DNA of 62,889 nt from Asterionella formosa (taxonomy: Eukaryota). The notes under the pieces are model-generated. The model searched no databases. It was not told the origin of the DNA and saw only the letters and a program-made list of their open reading frames with translations. Where the stretch lies: contig NKIB01013186.1 in the NCBI GenBank assembly GCA_002256025.1, positions 1-62,889 of the forward strand, in the 5' to 3' direction. Shown piece after piece: positions 21,119-30,867 of this stretch (position 1 is the stretch's first letter; each line of letters begins with the position of its first letter). The position numbers and the translations under genes were made by a program.

Positions 21119-21200
21119 GAGTTGAACCTAATCGAACAGCTAAAATACCTGCTAATAAACTAATGCATAATGCAGTGTAAACTTGTGCGTCGTAAATCAT
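21108..21200 (-). CDS. psaM: Photosystem I subunit XII
   Basis: Manual translation MIYDAQVYTALCISLLAGILAVRLGSTLNN. Confidence 0.93.
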   Translation of the reverse strand: MIYDAQVYTALCISLLAGILAVRLGSTLNN

Positions 21201-21323
21201 AATTAAAATTTAAGTTAATTAAAATTGTTTTGATTCTAGAGATTTTGTTCTGTTAAATTTTAACAAAAAAAGTAAGGGTACTTTATAGTAAAGAGAATAT
21301 AGTTCCACTACATCATTCTATTA

Positions 21324-21377
21324 TAAGTTCACTACAAAAAATATATTAAATTTAATATATTCTTTGTAGTGAACTTA
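21324..21377. terminator. Palindrome downstream of rps14
   Basis: 27-bp arms with one mismatch, centred at 21350/21351. Confidence 0.7.
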
Positions 21378-21380
21378 CTT

Positions 21381-21683
21381 TTACCAACTAGATTTTGTTA
21401 CACCTGGTAAAAGACATTGATGAGCCATTTCTCTAAACACATGACGTGAGATCCCAAAATCTCTAAATAAACCACGTGGTCTACCTGTTTTCCAACAACG
21501 GTTACGGATTCTTGTTTTTGCACTATTTCGTGGTAATTTTTGTAACTTTGAATGTAATTCAAGTTTTAGACTAAAAGTCGTTGCTTCTTTATAGCTTTTT
21601 ATTAGATTTGTGCGTTTTATTCGATACTTGTTGTGTAATTTTATGCGCTTTTTTTCGCGCTCAATCATACTTTTTTTTGCCAT
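21381..21683 (-). CDS. rps14: 30S ribosomal protein S14
   Basis: [13 protein letters not shown]...[12 protein letters not shown]...LPGVTKSSW. Confidence 0.98.
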   Translation of the reverse strand: MAKKSMIEREKKRIKLHNKYRIKRTNLIKSYKEATTFSLKLELHSKLQKLPRNSAKTRIRNRCWKTGRPRGLFRDFGISRHVFREMAHQCLLPGVTKSSW

Positions 21684-22049
21684 AAAAATAATTTAAGTAT
21701 TACTTATATAAAAATTAAGATTTTCTAAATAAACTAAAGAATTAAATACTATTATTCTAATTTATTTTTTAGATACATATTACCCTAGCTTTTTAATTTA
21801 AACAAGTAAAGATATTAAGTATTTTTATGTTCTTATTAAACTAGTAAGAATTATTTAAATTACTCTCCAACAATAAGGACTAGATTTTAAGAATAAAAAA
21901 AAGAAAATGATAAGTAATTTTAAAGAAATGCTTCGTTTAAACTTACTAATTTTTTTTATCTTTGCTTATAATGTTATGGTGGCTAACTTTTATTTAGTTT
22001 AGTTGTAAGAAAGTCAAAAACCATTTTTTATATTGAGGAATGATTTACT

Positions 22050-23579
22050 ATGGCATTACCATGGTATCGTGTTCACACTGTTGTTTTAAATGATCCTGGT
22101 CGCTTAATTGCTGTTCACTTAATGCATACAGCATTAGTTGCTGGTTGGGCAGGTTCAATGGCCTTATATGAATTAGCTGTATATGACCCATCAGATCCAG
22201 TATTAAATCCTATGTGGCGTCAAGGTATGTTCGTTATGCCTTTTATGACTCGTTTAGGTATTACTGATTCATGGGGTGGTTGGAGTATCACTGGAGAGAG
22301 TGTTTCAAATCCGGGTATTTGGAGTTTTGAAGGTGTAGCTTTAGCTCATATAATCTTATCTGGTATGTGTTTTTTAGCTGCAATTTGGCACTGGGTTTAT
22401 TGGGATTTAGAATTATTCCGTGATCCGAGAACTGGCGAACCAGCTTTAGATTTGCCAAAAATTTTTGGTATTCATTTATTCCTATCTGGTCTATTATGTT
22501 TTGGTTTTGGTGCATTCCACGTAACAGGATTATTTGGCCCTGGGATTTGGGTATCTGATGCTTATGGTATTACTGGAAAAGTTCAACCTGTTGCACCATC
22601 ATGGGGTGCAGACGGTTTTAACCCATTTAATCCTGGTGGTATTGCTGCACATCATATTGCTGCAGGTATTTTTGGTATTTTTGCCGGTATTTTCCATCTA
22701 ACAGTACGTCCACCCCAACGTTTATATCGCGCTTTACGGATGGGTAATATTGAAACAGTTTTATCAAGTAGTATCTCAGCTGTTTTCTTTGCAGCTTTTG
22801 TTACATCTGGTACAATGTGGTATGGTGCAGCTGCAACTCCAATTGAATTATTTGGTCCAACTCGTTACCAATGGGATAGTGGCTACTTCCAACAAGAAAT
22901 TGAGCGTCAAGTAGAAGCTTCTGTAAGTGAAGGTTTATCTGAAAGTCAAGCATGGTCACGAATTCCAGATAAATTAGCTTTTTATGATTATATTGGTAAT
23001 AATCCTGCTAAAGGTGGTTTATTCCGTGCAGGTCCAATGAATAAAGGTGATGGTATCGCTGAAGCTTGGTTAGGTCATCCAATTTTCCGTGACAAAGAAG
23101 GTCGTGAATTAACTGTTCGCCGTATGCCAGCTTTCTTTGAAACATTCCCAGTTATTTTAGTCGATAAAGATGGTATTATACGTGCCGATATTCCATTCCG
23201 TCGAGCTGAATCTAAATATAGTATTGAACAAGTTGGTGTAACAGTGGATTTCTATGGTGGTAAATTAAATGGCCAAACATTTAAAGATGCTCCAACAGTT
23301 AAAAAATTCGCTCGTAAAGCTCAGTTAGGTGAAGTTTTTGAATTTGATCGAACTAGTTTAGAGTCTGACGGTGTATTCCGTAGTAGCCCACGTGGTTGGT
23401 ATACTTTTGGTCATGCCAATTTTGCTTTACTATTCTTCTTAGGACATTTATGGCATGGTGGTCGTACAATCTTCCGTGATGTATTTACTGGTATTGGTGC
23501 AGAAGTTACAGAACAAGTAGAATTTGGTGCATTCCAAAAACTTGGTGACAAAACAACGAAAAAACAAGGTGCTGTCTAA
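22050..23579 (+). CDS. psbB: Photosystem II CP47
   Basis: [19 protein letters not shown]. Confidence 0.99.
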   Translation: MALPWYRVHTVVLNDPGRLIAVHLMHTALVAGWAGSMALYELAVYDPSDPVLNPMWRQGMFVMPFMTRLGITDSWGGWSITGESVSNPGIWSFEGVALAHIILSGMCFLAAIWHWVYWDLELFRDPRTGEPALDLPKIFGIHLFLSGLLCFGFGAFHVTGLFGPGIWVSDAYGITGKVQPVAPSWGADGFNPFNPGGIAAHHIAAGIFGIFAGIFHLTVRPPQRLYRALRMGNIETVLSSSISAVFFAAFVTSGTMWYGAAATPIELFGPTRYQWDSGYFQQEIERQVEASVSEGLSESQAWSRIPDKLAFYDYIGNNPAKGGLFRAGPMNKGDGIAEAWLGHPIFRDKEGRELTVRRMPAFFETFPVILVDKDGIIRADIPFRRAESKYSIEQVGVTVDFYGGKLNGQTFKDAPTVKKFARKAQLGEVFEFDRTSLESDGVFRSSPRGWYTFGHANFALLFFLGHLWHGGRTIFRDVFTGIGAEVTEQVEFGAFQKLGDKTTKKQGAV

Positions 23580-23625
23580 TTTAAATTCAGATTTTGTTTT
23601 TTAAGTTTTTAAATAGGATTAAATA

Positions 23626-23724
23626 ATGGAAGCTTTAGTTTACACATTTTTACTTATCGGTACGTTAATGGTAATTTTCTTTGCTGTATTTTTCCGAGAA
23701 ACACCTCGAATTATCAAAAAATAA
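23626..23724 (+). CDS. psbT: Photosystem II protein T
   Basis: Manual translation [32 protein letters not shown]. Confidence 0.97.
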   Translation: MEALVYTFLLIGTLMVIFFAVFFRETPRIIKK

Positions 23725-23748
23725 AACCATTAAATTTGGTTTTATTTT

Positions 23749-23880
23749 TTAATCTTCATGTTCTTCAAATGGATCACGCAAATTTTTAGCTGCTGGTCCA
23801 AATGCAGTATAAATAGAATATGTTGTAATTCCTAAAAGTAAACTCGCTACAAAAATAACAAGAATAGTTGCTGTTTCCAT
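23749..23880 (-). CDS. psbN: PsbN (PSII assembly factor)
   Basis: Manual translation [43 protein letters not shown]. Confidence 0.97.
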   Translation of the reverse strand: METATILVIFVASLLLGITTYSIYTAFGPAAKNLRDPFEEHED

Positions 23881-23962
23881 GTTATATTATTATTTAAATT
23901 AACAGTTTAGTATTATATAACATCTAGTAGAAAAATTAATTTATTAAAAGATAAATATTCTT

Positions 23963-24166
23963 ATGGCATTACGCACAAGATTAGGTGAAATTTTACGGCC
24001 GTTAAATGCTGAATATGGTAAAGTTGCACCAGGTTGGGGAACAACTCCAATTATGGCATTAGTAATGGGTGCGTTTTTAGTATTTTTATTAATTATTTTA
24101 CAAATTTATAATTCATCGTTAATCATTGAAAACGTTGATGTAGATTGGGCTAATGGTCTTGTCTAG
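23963..24166 (+). CDS. psbH: Photosystem II protein H
   Basis: [19 protein letters not shown]. Confidence 0.98.
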   Translation: MALRTRLGEILRPLNAEYGKVAPGWGTTPIMALVMGAFLVFLLIILQIYNSSLIIENVDVDWANGLV

Positions 24167-24256
24167 CTTAATATATAGTAAATTTAGAAAAGGTAGTTTA
24201 AAAGATCTTTAAGATCTTTTAAACTATTAACTAATCAAAAAATAAAAAAAAGATCT

Positions 24257-24346
24257 ATGGATATTATAAGTCTAGGTTGGGCAGGTTTAATGACAATGTT
24301 TACATTTACATTGGCTTTAGTAGTATGGGCTCGTAATGGTTTCTAA
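24257..24346 (+). CDS. petN: Cytochrome b6f subunit VIII
   Basis: Manual translation [29 protein letters not shown]. Confidence 0.96.
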   Translation: MDIISLGWAGLMTMFTFTLALVVWARNGF

Positions 24347-24387
24347 TTATTGAAAGTTTTTAACATTAAAAAAAATATATAGATCGT

Positions 24388-24516
24388 ATGGCGCTAATTT
24401 TAAACATATTTCCTTTTGCTAATCAAGAAATTGTGACAGCAGCAATTACATGTTTTTTTATGACTTTATTTGGGCTTTCACTAGGTTTTGCCTTATTAAA
24501 AGTTCAAGGTGAATAA
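24388..24516 (+). CDS. petM: Cytochrome b6f subunit VII
   Basis: Manual translation MALILNIFPFANQEIVTAAITCFFMTLFGLSLGFALLKVQGE. Confidence 0.93.
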   Translation: MALILNIFPFANQEIVTAAITCFFMTLFGLSLGFALLKVQGE

Positions 24517-24861
24517 AAATTAATTTACATATAATAAGTAGGTTTCCTCTTTATAATAAAAAATATCAACTGTATCTAGATACTTTTTCGTATATCCTAT
24601 ATTATTTTATTACTTGTCAAAGTTAGTTTGATAAGTAATATAAGTCTAACTTTCTTTCTAAGAATTATGCTTTTATTTAACTTTTTTCTTCAATTTTTTA
24701 TTATTATTTATACATTTTACTTTAATTTAAGTATTTTATTCCTATTAAATTTTTTTTGTATCTAACTCAAGAAATACTAGTTATTAGGTTATCATAGAAC
24801 TTTTTTAACTATTAATAGAATAAAATAAAAACTCTAATAATTATTTTATATATATATTTAA

Positions 24862-24935
24862 CGGGACTGACGAGACTCGAACTCGCAACTTCCGCCGTGA
24901 CAGGGCGGTGCTCTAACCAATTGAACTACAATCCC
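24862..24935 (-). tRNA. trnD: tRNA-Asp(GUC)
   Basis: GGGATTGTAGTTCAATTGGTTAGAGCACCGCCCTGTCACGGCGG. Confidence 0.96.
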
Positions 24936-24956
24936 AAATTTTAGACTATCCACTTT

Positions 24957-24985
24957 AATTTAACAAAATTTATTAACCATGTCAA
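24957..24985 (-). promoter_or_regulatory. Promoter candidate for trnD
   Basis: TTGACA-N17-TAAATT with TG extension. Confidence 0.5.
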
Positions 24986-24996
24986 TTTATTAAATA

Positions 24997-25083
24997 AGGA
25001 GAAACAGGGATTCGAACCCTGGGTACAAATAATTGTACGATAGATTAGCAATCTATTGCTTTCGACCGCTCAGCCATTTCTCC
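24997..25083 (-). tRNA. trnS: tRNA-Ser(GCU)
   Basis: GGAGAAATGGCTGAGCGG...TTGCTAA..., long variable arm. Confidence 0.95.
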
Positions 25084-25121
25084 TAATCTTATATAATAGT
25101 AACAGATTTAAATAAACTATC

Positions 25122-25194
25122 TGGCTCAGGCTGGATTTGAACCTGCGACCTTGGGCTTATGAATCCCCTGCTCTAACCACTGAGCTACAGAGCC
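25122..25194 (-). tRNA. tRNA with CAU anticodon (probably elongator Met; Ile-lysidine identity not excluded)
   Basis: GGCTCTGTAGCTCAGTGGTTAGAGCAGGGGATTCATAAGCCCA... cloverleaf. Confidence 0.85.
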
Positions 25195-25268
25195 TTTAAT
25201 TTATTAGTTCTTTACTAAGTATAACATACCATGATTTCGGTATTTCTTCAAAAATTTATAGTAAAAAG

Positions 25269-25328
25269 AATTTTTAATTAGTATTTTTTAAATCTTATGA
25301 AAGACTTAAAAAATACTAATTAAAAATT
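25269..25328. terminator. Hairpin downstream of rpl12
   Basis: AATTTTTAATTAGTATTTTTTAA...TTAAAAAATACTAATTAAAAATT. Confidence 0.65.
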
Positions 25329-25331
25329 ATA

Positions 25332-25718
25332 TTATTTAAGTGATGCTTTTCCTCCAGCAACCTCAATTTGAGCTTTTCCTGCTTCTGCTACATCTTTGCC
25401 TAGTCCTTCTTGAACTAGTTTTGGAGCAGATTCTACTAATTCTTTTGCTTCTTTTAATCCAAGACCGGTTAAGCTACGTACAACTTTTAAAACTGCAATT
25501 TTTTTATCAGCGGGAACTTCATCTAACATAAGATTAAATTCTGTTTTTTCTTCTACTTCTTCAACTTCTACTGCTACACCAGTCATCATTACTGGACCAC
25601 CTACACTAGCCGAGGCATCCACACCAAAAGTTTCTTCAATTTTTGATACTAACTCAGATGCTTCTAATAATGTTAAAGTTTTTAAATCCTCAATAATTTG
25701 ATCAATTTTTTCTGACAT
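25332..25718 (-). CDS. rpl12: 50S ribosomal protein L12
   Basis: LTLLEASELV, EEKTEF, GLGLKEAKELVE. Confidence 0.98.
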   Translation of the reverse strand: MSEKIDQIIEDLKTLTLLEASELVSKIEETFGVDASASVGGPVMMTGVAVEVEEVEEKTEFNLMLDEVPADKKIAVLKVVRSLTGLGLKEAKELVESAPKLVQEGLGKDVAEAGKAQIEVAGGKASLK

Positions 25719-25840
25719 AACGAAAATTTTTCCTATTTTTTTAAGTTCTGGTTATAATTATAGAAATCTATTCAATTTCTAATTTGATTTAAAATCTTAA
25801 AGCTTTTCTTAATTACCATAATTATTTCTAATCTTGTTAA

Positions 25841-26533
25841 TTAAAGAAAACTATCCAAGTCTAATTTAATAGAAGGACCCATACTTGTGCAAATAAATAA
25901 ACTTTTAAAATATTTACCTCTTACACCCGAAGGTCGATTCTGTTCTATTGATTTGTATAGTTCCTTTAAGTTTTCTAGTAATTGTTCATCTGTAAAATCT
26001 ATTTTTCCAAAATTAACGTGAACAACTCCTGTTTTATCAGCTTTATATTCAAATTTCCCTTTTTTAAACTCTGTTAAAGTTTGTGTTAAGGTATTACTAA
26101 CTGTTCCAGATTTTGGAGATGGCATCAATCCTTTTGGACCTAATAGTCTACCTAACTTTGCCAATTTCGGCATCATATTTGGGGTAGCAATTAATAAATC
26201 AAAATCAAGATTGCCTTGAGTTATCTTTTCAATTAGATCATCATTTCCAACTGTATTAGCACCAGCTGCTTTGGCCTCTCCAAAATTTTCCTCATTTGTT
26301 AAAACAGCAATACGTGTTTCTTTACCAATACCATTAGGTAAAGTTACTGTAGTACGTAATTGTTGATCGGCATATTTTGGATCAATATTTAAATTGGCAT
26401 GTAATTCTACACTTTCAATAAATTTTGCCGTTGCAGTACTTTTAAGAATAATAATAGCTTCTTTTAAATTTATGTAAGGACTATTACTAATCTTTGTTAC
26501 ATTTTCTTTTTGACGACGCGATAATTTTCGCAT
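25841..26533 (-). CDS. rpl1: 50S ribosomal protein L1
   Basis: IDPKYADQQLR, LGPKGLMPSPKSGTV. Confidence 0.98.
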   Translation of the reverse strand: MRKLSRRQKENVTKISNSPYINLKEAIIILKSTATAKFIESVELHANLNIDPKYADQQLRTTVTLPNGIGKETRIAVLTNEENFGEAKAAGANTVGNDDLIEKITQGNLDFDLLIATPNMMPKLAKLGRLLGPKGLMPSPKSGTVSNTLTQTLTEFKKGKFEYKADKTGVVHVNFGKIDFTDEQLLENLKELYKSIEQNRPSGVRGKYFKSLFICTSMGPSIKLDLDSFL

Positions 26534-26568
26534 ATACTTTCTCCATTAAAAGTTTCTAAAATTTTGTA

Positions 26569-26994
26569 TTAATCTACAATGGAGATACCCATATTTCGGG
26601 CAGTTCCCTCAACAATTTTTATTGCACTATTAATTTTCGTAGTGTTTAAATCAGGTAATTTTATATTTGCAATTTCCTCTAGTTGAGCTTTGGTAATTGA
26701 GCCAACTGTCAGCTTATTTGGTGTTGCTGATCCTTTTTTAATTTTTGCAGCATTTGCTAATAAGACTGATGCTGGTGGAGTTTTTAATACAAAGGTGTAA
26801 CTTCTATCTTCGTAAACTGAAATTTCAACTGGAATGATAAGCCCCATTTTATCACTAGTTCTTGCATTGTATTCTTTGCAAAAAGCCGCAATATTTACAC
26901 CATGTTGACCTAAAGCGGGACCAACAGGAGGGGCTGGCGTAGCTTTACCGGCAGGTAAGGCTAATTTAATTAAAGCATTTATTTTTTTAGGCAT
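26569..26994 (-). CDS. rpl11: 50S ribosomal protein L11
   Basis: [21 protein letters not shown]. Confidence 0.99.
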   Translation of the reverse strand: MPKKINALIKLALPAGKATPAPPVGPALGQHGVNIAAFCKEYNARTSDKMGLIIPVEISVYEDRSYTFVLKTPPASVLLANAAKIKKGSATPNKLTVGSITKAQLEEIANIKLPDLNTTKINSAIKIVEGTARNMGISIVD

Positions 26995-27113
26995 CGAAAT
27001 AAATTAAATATTTAAAATAGTTTCAATCGTTCTTTAAGATAAATTAATTGCGAAACGTTAAATTATCAAAGATTCTATTTGGATAATTACAAAACCCTCT
27101 TCACTAAGAGGAA

Positions 27114-27186
27114 CGCGCCCTGAAGGACTTGAACCCTCGACATCTAATTTTGGAGACTAGCGTTCTACCAACTGAACTAAGGACGC
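27114..27186 (-). tRNA. trnW: tRNA-Trp(CCA)
   Basis: GCGTCCTTAGTTCAGTTGGTAGAAC...CTCCAAA... cloverleaf. Confidence 0.95.
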
Positions 27187-27260
27187 TTCTAGTTTACTTT
27201 ACAGTAAATTTATGAAAATTCCAATATTTTACAATTCAAGAAATTTTTATTAAATTGAAA

Positions 27261-28613
27261 ATGAATAAATTTCAAAATTTGAATGAATCGGTACTTATTC
27301 AAAATTATCTCCCTCATAATTTTTTAGCTGAAAAAATAGTTTTAAGCTGTTTATTACTGAGTTCTGAAGCTATTGAAATAACCTTTCGAACAATTTCAAT
27401 TGACACTTTTTATTTTAAAAATCATCAAGAAATATATAAAGCAATACTGATACTATACGAAAATAAAAGACCAATTGATATAATTACAATAACTACTTTT
27501 TTACAAGATAATGGGTTACTTAAAAAAATTGGTGGAGTCAAAGTTCTTATTGAACTTATTAATCAAGTACCGAATTTGATACATTTAGAAGAGTATCTTA
27601 AACTAATAAAAGATAAATTTTTGAGACGTTCTTTAATTAAATTAGGATATAAGGCAATTAATTCAGGTTATATTACAAATTTTTTATTAGAGGATATTTT
27701 AAATGATTTTGAAACTGAATTATTTAATTTAACTAATGAATTTAAACCGCCAAAACTCTCAACTAGTGCTGACTTAATTTATAGTGTTTTTTTAGAACTA
27801 AAACAAAAAGCTAATAACCCTCAGTTACCTGGTTTATCATCTGGTTTTTATGGGTTAGATTCCTTAACACAGGGTTTTCAAAAATCCGATTTAATTATTA
27901 TCGCAGGACGTCCTTCAATTGGTAAAACAGCTTTTTGTTTAAGTTTAGGTATAAATGTAATTAAATATTCAAAAATACCAATTTTACTCTTTAGTCTAGA
28001 AATGTCAAAAGAACAAATTATTTATCGTCTGTTAGGTATGGAAACTAATATTAACCAAATGCGTTTACGCAGCGGAAAACTCTATCGTACAGATTGGGTT
28101 AAACTCAGTAAAGTTATTAAAATTCTTTCCAAGTTACCTTTTTTTATTGATGATACACCAGATTTATCAGTTCAAGATATTAGATCGAAGATTAAAACAA
28201 TTTTATTTGAACAAAATAAAGTTGGTTTAATTATGATAGACTATTTACAACTTATGCAAAACTCAAAATTCAAAAGTGAAAATCGAGCATATGAGCTGTC
28301 ACAAATTACTCGTTCGTTAAAAATTATCGCTCGCGAATTTAATGTACCAATTATTGCTCTTTCTCAATTAAGTAGAAATGTTGAAAACCGAATAGATAAA
28401 AAACCTATTTTATCAGATCTTCGTGAAAGTGGTTCGATTGAACAAGATGCTGATTTAGTTTTAATGTTACATAAAAGTAATAAAACTAATTTAGATGAAA
28501 ATATTTTATTAACAGATTTAATTATTGCGAAACAGAGAAATGGACCAACTGGAACAATACAAATATTATTTGATAAAAAGAGAACCAAATACATTAACCC
28601 TGATTTTAGTTAA
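27261..28613 (+). CDS. dnaB: Replicative DNA helicase (ATG at 27261; TTG at 27255 possible)
   Basis: IIAGRPSIGKT, IDYLQL, LSQLSR, SDLRESGSIEQDAD, AKQRNGPTG. Confidence 0.97.
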   Translation: MNKFQNLNESVLIQNYLPHNFLAEKIVLSCLLLSSEAIEITFRTISIDTFYFKNHQEIYKAILILYENKRPIDIITITTFLQDNGLLKKIGGVKVLIELINQVPNLIHLEEYLKLIKDKFLRRSLIKLGYKAINSGYITNFLLEDILNDFETELFNLTNEFKPPKLSTSADLIYSVFLELKQKANNPQLPGLSSGFYGLDSLTQGFQKSDLIIIAGRPSIGKTAFCLSLGINVIKYSKIPILLFSLEMSKEQIIYRLLGMETNINQMRLRSGKLYRTDWVKLSKVIKILSKLPFFIDDTPDLSVQDIRSKIKTILFEQNKVGLIMIDYLQLMQNSKFKSENRAYELSQITRSLKIIAREFNVPIIALSQLSRNVENRIDKKPILSDLRESGSIEQDADLVLMLHKSNKTNLDENILLTDLIIAKQRNGPTGTIQILFDKKRTKYINPDFS

Positions 28614-28615
28614 AT

Positions 28616-28688
28616 TGCCCAGAACCAGATTCGAACTGGTGACACGAGGATCTTCAATCCACTGCTCTACCAACTGAGCTATCCGGGC
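28616..28688 (-). tRNA. trnF: tRNA-Phe(GAA)
   Basis: GCCCGGATAGCTCAGTTGGTAGAGC...TTGAAGA... cloverleaf. Confidence 0.95.
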
Positions 28689-28762
28689 TTACAAATTTAT
28701 TATATTAGAGTTTTGTCTAAACCACAAGAGTTTAAATATTTATATCTAAATTAAAATTTTTA

Positions 28763-28791
28763 TTGACTATATAATGAATTATTATTATAAT
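28763..28791 (+). promoter_or_regulatory. Near-consensus sigma70 promoter for ffs
   Basis: TTGACT-N17-TATAAT, ending 7 nt before the ffs hairpin. Confidence 0.7.
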
Positions 28792-28798
28792 ATTTCTT

Positions 28799-28899
28799 GG
28801 ATATAGTATTTAATATTTTTAAAAAATATATTTAATTTGCCAGAATCTTAAGATAGCAGCAAGAATATATAATTTTAATTAGTCATTAAAACTATATCT
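28799..28899 (+). ncRNA. ffs: Plastid signal recognition particle RNA (4.5S-like)
   Basis: Helix-8 motif TGC-CAGA-ATC-TTAA-GAT-AGCA-GCA (E. coli type GGT-CAGG-TCC-GGAA-GGA-AGCA-GCC); closing stem GATATAGT/ACTATATC; own promoter; between trnF and psbX. Confidence 0.8.
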
Positions 28900-29101
28900 T
28901 TATATATCATAGTTTTAACTTTTTAATAATCTTTTAAAAGTGTTTTTTAGTTTTAATTTTTATAGTAAACTATAATTTAGTATAACTAGAAATCAGTAAA
29001 AAATGAATATTAGTTATATTTTTTTATAAAAGCTGATACAATATTTAGTGTAGTTAATTTTACTTTTTTAACTTTTTATTTTAAATAACAGGAACTTATA
29101 A

Positions 29102-29218
29102 ATGACGACTTCATTAGCAAATTTTATATCTAGTTTAGCAGCAGGTGGTTTAGTTGTAGCTGTTATTGGTGTTGCTTTAATTATTATTAGTAAAAGTGAC
29201 CGTGTATCCCGCAATTAA
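29102..29218 (+). CDS. psbX: Photosystem II protein X
   Basis: Manual translation MTTSLANFISSLAAGGLVVAVIGVALIIISKSDRVSRN. Confidence 0.95.
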   Translation: MTTSLANFISSLAAGGLVVAVIGVALIIISKSDRVSRN

Positions 29219-29298
29219 TAATAACTATTTTTAAATTACTAATTACAATTTTTAGTTAATATGTTATAATTTACGCTATTAAAAGTTTTGAAACTATT

Positions 29299-29592
29299 AT
29301 GATAAATTTTAGCTTTGGTCCTAACATATTTCTAGGTATTATTTTAGCTCTAGGAGTCCTTTTACTATATTTCCTTCGACTTGTTAAACCCGAAGTTGCA
29401 AGGGACGAAGACATATTTTTTTCCACTATTGGACTTCTTTACAGTTGTATTTTAATGGTTCATGGTTGGAGATTAGATCCAATTTTGATGTTTAGTCAGC
29501 TATTAATAATAACGTCAGTTTTAGTTGCTGGTTGGGAGAACATTCGATTAAGAGGTTTAATTATTAAAATCAGTAAAAAGAAAAAAAAATAG
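29299..29592 (+). CDS. ycf66: Ycf66
   Basis: KPEVARDEDIFF...HGWRLDPILMFSQ...WENIRLRG. Confidence 0.95.
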   Translation: MINFSFGPNIFLGIILALGVLLLYFLRLVKPEVARDEDIFFSTIGLLYSCILMVHGWRLDPILMFSQLLIITSVLVAGWENIRLRGLIIKISKKKKK

Positions 29593-29647
29593 TTAGTTTA
29601 ATTATTTTAGTCTTGGTTTCAAGGTTGTAAACAATTTTCTTAAATTT

Positions 29648-30139
29648 ATGTTTAAAAAATATTCACAATTCTGTGGGATCGTATTTTTCGCTGTCTTTAA
29701 TTTATTTATATTAACAGCTTCAGCAATTGATTTAGATGAAGCAACACGAACAGTTGTAGCTGATTCATCAGGAACTACAGTTGTATTAACTCCAGAACAA
29801 GTTAAACGTGGAAAACGTATTTTTAACGCAACTTGTGGTGCTTGTCATGTTGGTGGTATTACTAAGACTAATCCTAACGTTGGTCTAGATCCTGAAGGTT
29901 TAAGTTTAGCAACACCACGTCGCGATAATATTGCTGCATTAGTTGACTATTTAAAAAATCCAACAACATATGATGGTTTAGAATCAATTGCAGAAATTCA
30001 TCCAAGTATTAAGAGTGCAGATATTTATCCTCGCATGCGTTCATTAACGGACGAAGATTTATATTCAATTGCTGGTCATATTATGTTATCACCTAAAATT
30101 ATGACAGAAAAATGGGGTGGTGGAAAGATTTATTACTAA
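29648..30139 (+). CDS. psbV: Cytochrome c550
   Basis: CGACH heme motif, C-terminal WGGGKIYY. Confidence 0.98.
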   Translation: MFKKYSQFCGIVFFAVFNLFILTASAIDLDEATRTVVADSSGTTVVLTPEQVKRGKRIFNATCGACHVGGITKTNPNVGLDPEGLSLATPRRDNIAALVDYLKNPTTYDGLESIAEIHPSIKSADIYPRMRSLTDEDLYSIAGHIMLSPKIMTEKWGGGKIYY

Positions 30140-30159
30140 ATTTTTCGAATAAAATCCTT

Positions 30160-30209
30160 TAAATATTGTTTTATTTAGTTTATTTTAAAGCTAAATAAAA
30201 CAATATTTA
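30160..30209. terminator. Hairpin downstream of psbV
   Basis: TAAATATTGTTTTATTTAG...CTAAATAAAACAATATTTA. Confidence 0.65.
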
Positions 30210-30253
30210 CAATAGTTAAAGGTATTCTAAGAATAATAAATATATTGAGTTAA

Positions 30254-30326
30254 AAGCATGTAGCTCAGTGGATAGAGCACCAGATTCCGATTCTGAAAGT
30301 CGGGGGTTCAATTCCCTTCATGCTTA
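30254..30326 (+). tRNA. trnR: tRNA-Arg(CCG)
   Basis: AAGCATGTAGCTCAGTGGATAGAGC...TTCCGAT...CATGCTTA. Confidence 0.9.
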
Positions 30327-30344
30327 AATCTAATAACAATTTTA

Positions 30345-30685
30345 GGGGCTGCTTTGGTTTCGACATTTAAAAATAATTATAATATGATACAGGTCGAAGT
30401 AGGTATTCTTCGTAAAAATCTGCCAATAAATAATAAATGCTAACAATATCATTTCCTTTAGTAGTAAAGCGAGAAATTTAGGGATTAGAAATATCTACTC
30501 TAATTTAATTCAATTTGCTAGTTAAAAACTAAAAACTTTTATTCTATTTATTTGTTCACTTTTCCTAGACGTTTTGTCATCTTTAGTTTAGAATAATCTT
30601 TATCTTGTTCAGTTTTGAACTATACCTGTGAATGAGTATTTTAATTAAGTTTAGATGGACGTGGGTTCAATTCCCATCAGCTCCA
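30345..30685 (+). ncRNA. ssrA: tmRNA; tag reading frame 30439-30525 ANNIISFSSKARNLGIRNIYSNLIQFAS
   Basis: 5' GGGGCTG...GGTTTCGAC and 3' GACGTGGGTTCAATTCCCATCAGCTCCA with G3:U70; ATAAAT-GCT resume context. Confidence 0.92.
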
Positions 30686-30693
30686 ATTAGATT

Positions 30694-30778
30694 GCATTCG
30701 TGGCCGAGTGGTTGAAGGCACCGGACTCATAATCCGTTTTCCTATGGAACAACACTGGTTCGAACCCAGTCGGATGCA
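30694..30778 (+). tRNA. Long-variable-arm tRNA with CAU anticodon (likely Ile via lysidine; often annotated trnM)
   Basis: GCATTCGTGGCCGAGTGG...CTCATAA...CGGATGCA, 85 nt. Confidence 0.85.
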
Positions 30779-30867
30779 TTTTATTACACTATTTTTAATA
30801 TTGTTTTTTTGTTAATGTAATAGTATTATTACATTTAAGGAACTTTTATACTTAGTAATTAATATTT

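Noticed and set aside
27261..28613. Intein in dnaB, as in some red-lineage plastids
   Set aside because: LRESGSIEQDAD is uninterrupted and the protein is normal length.
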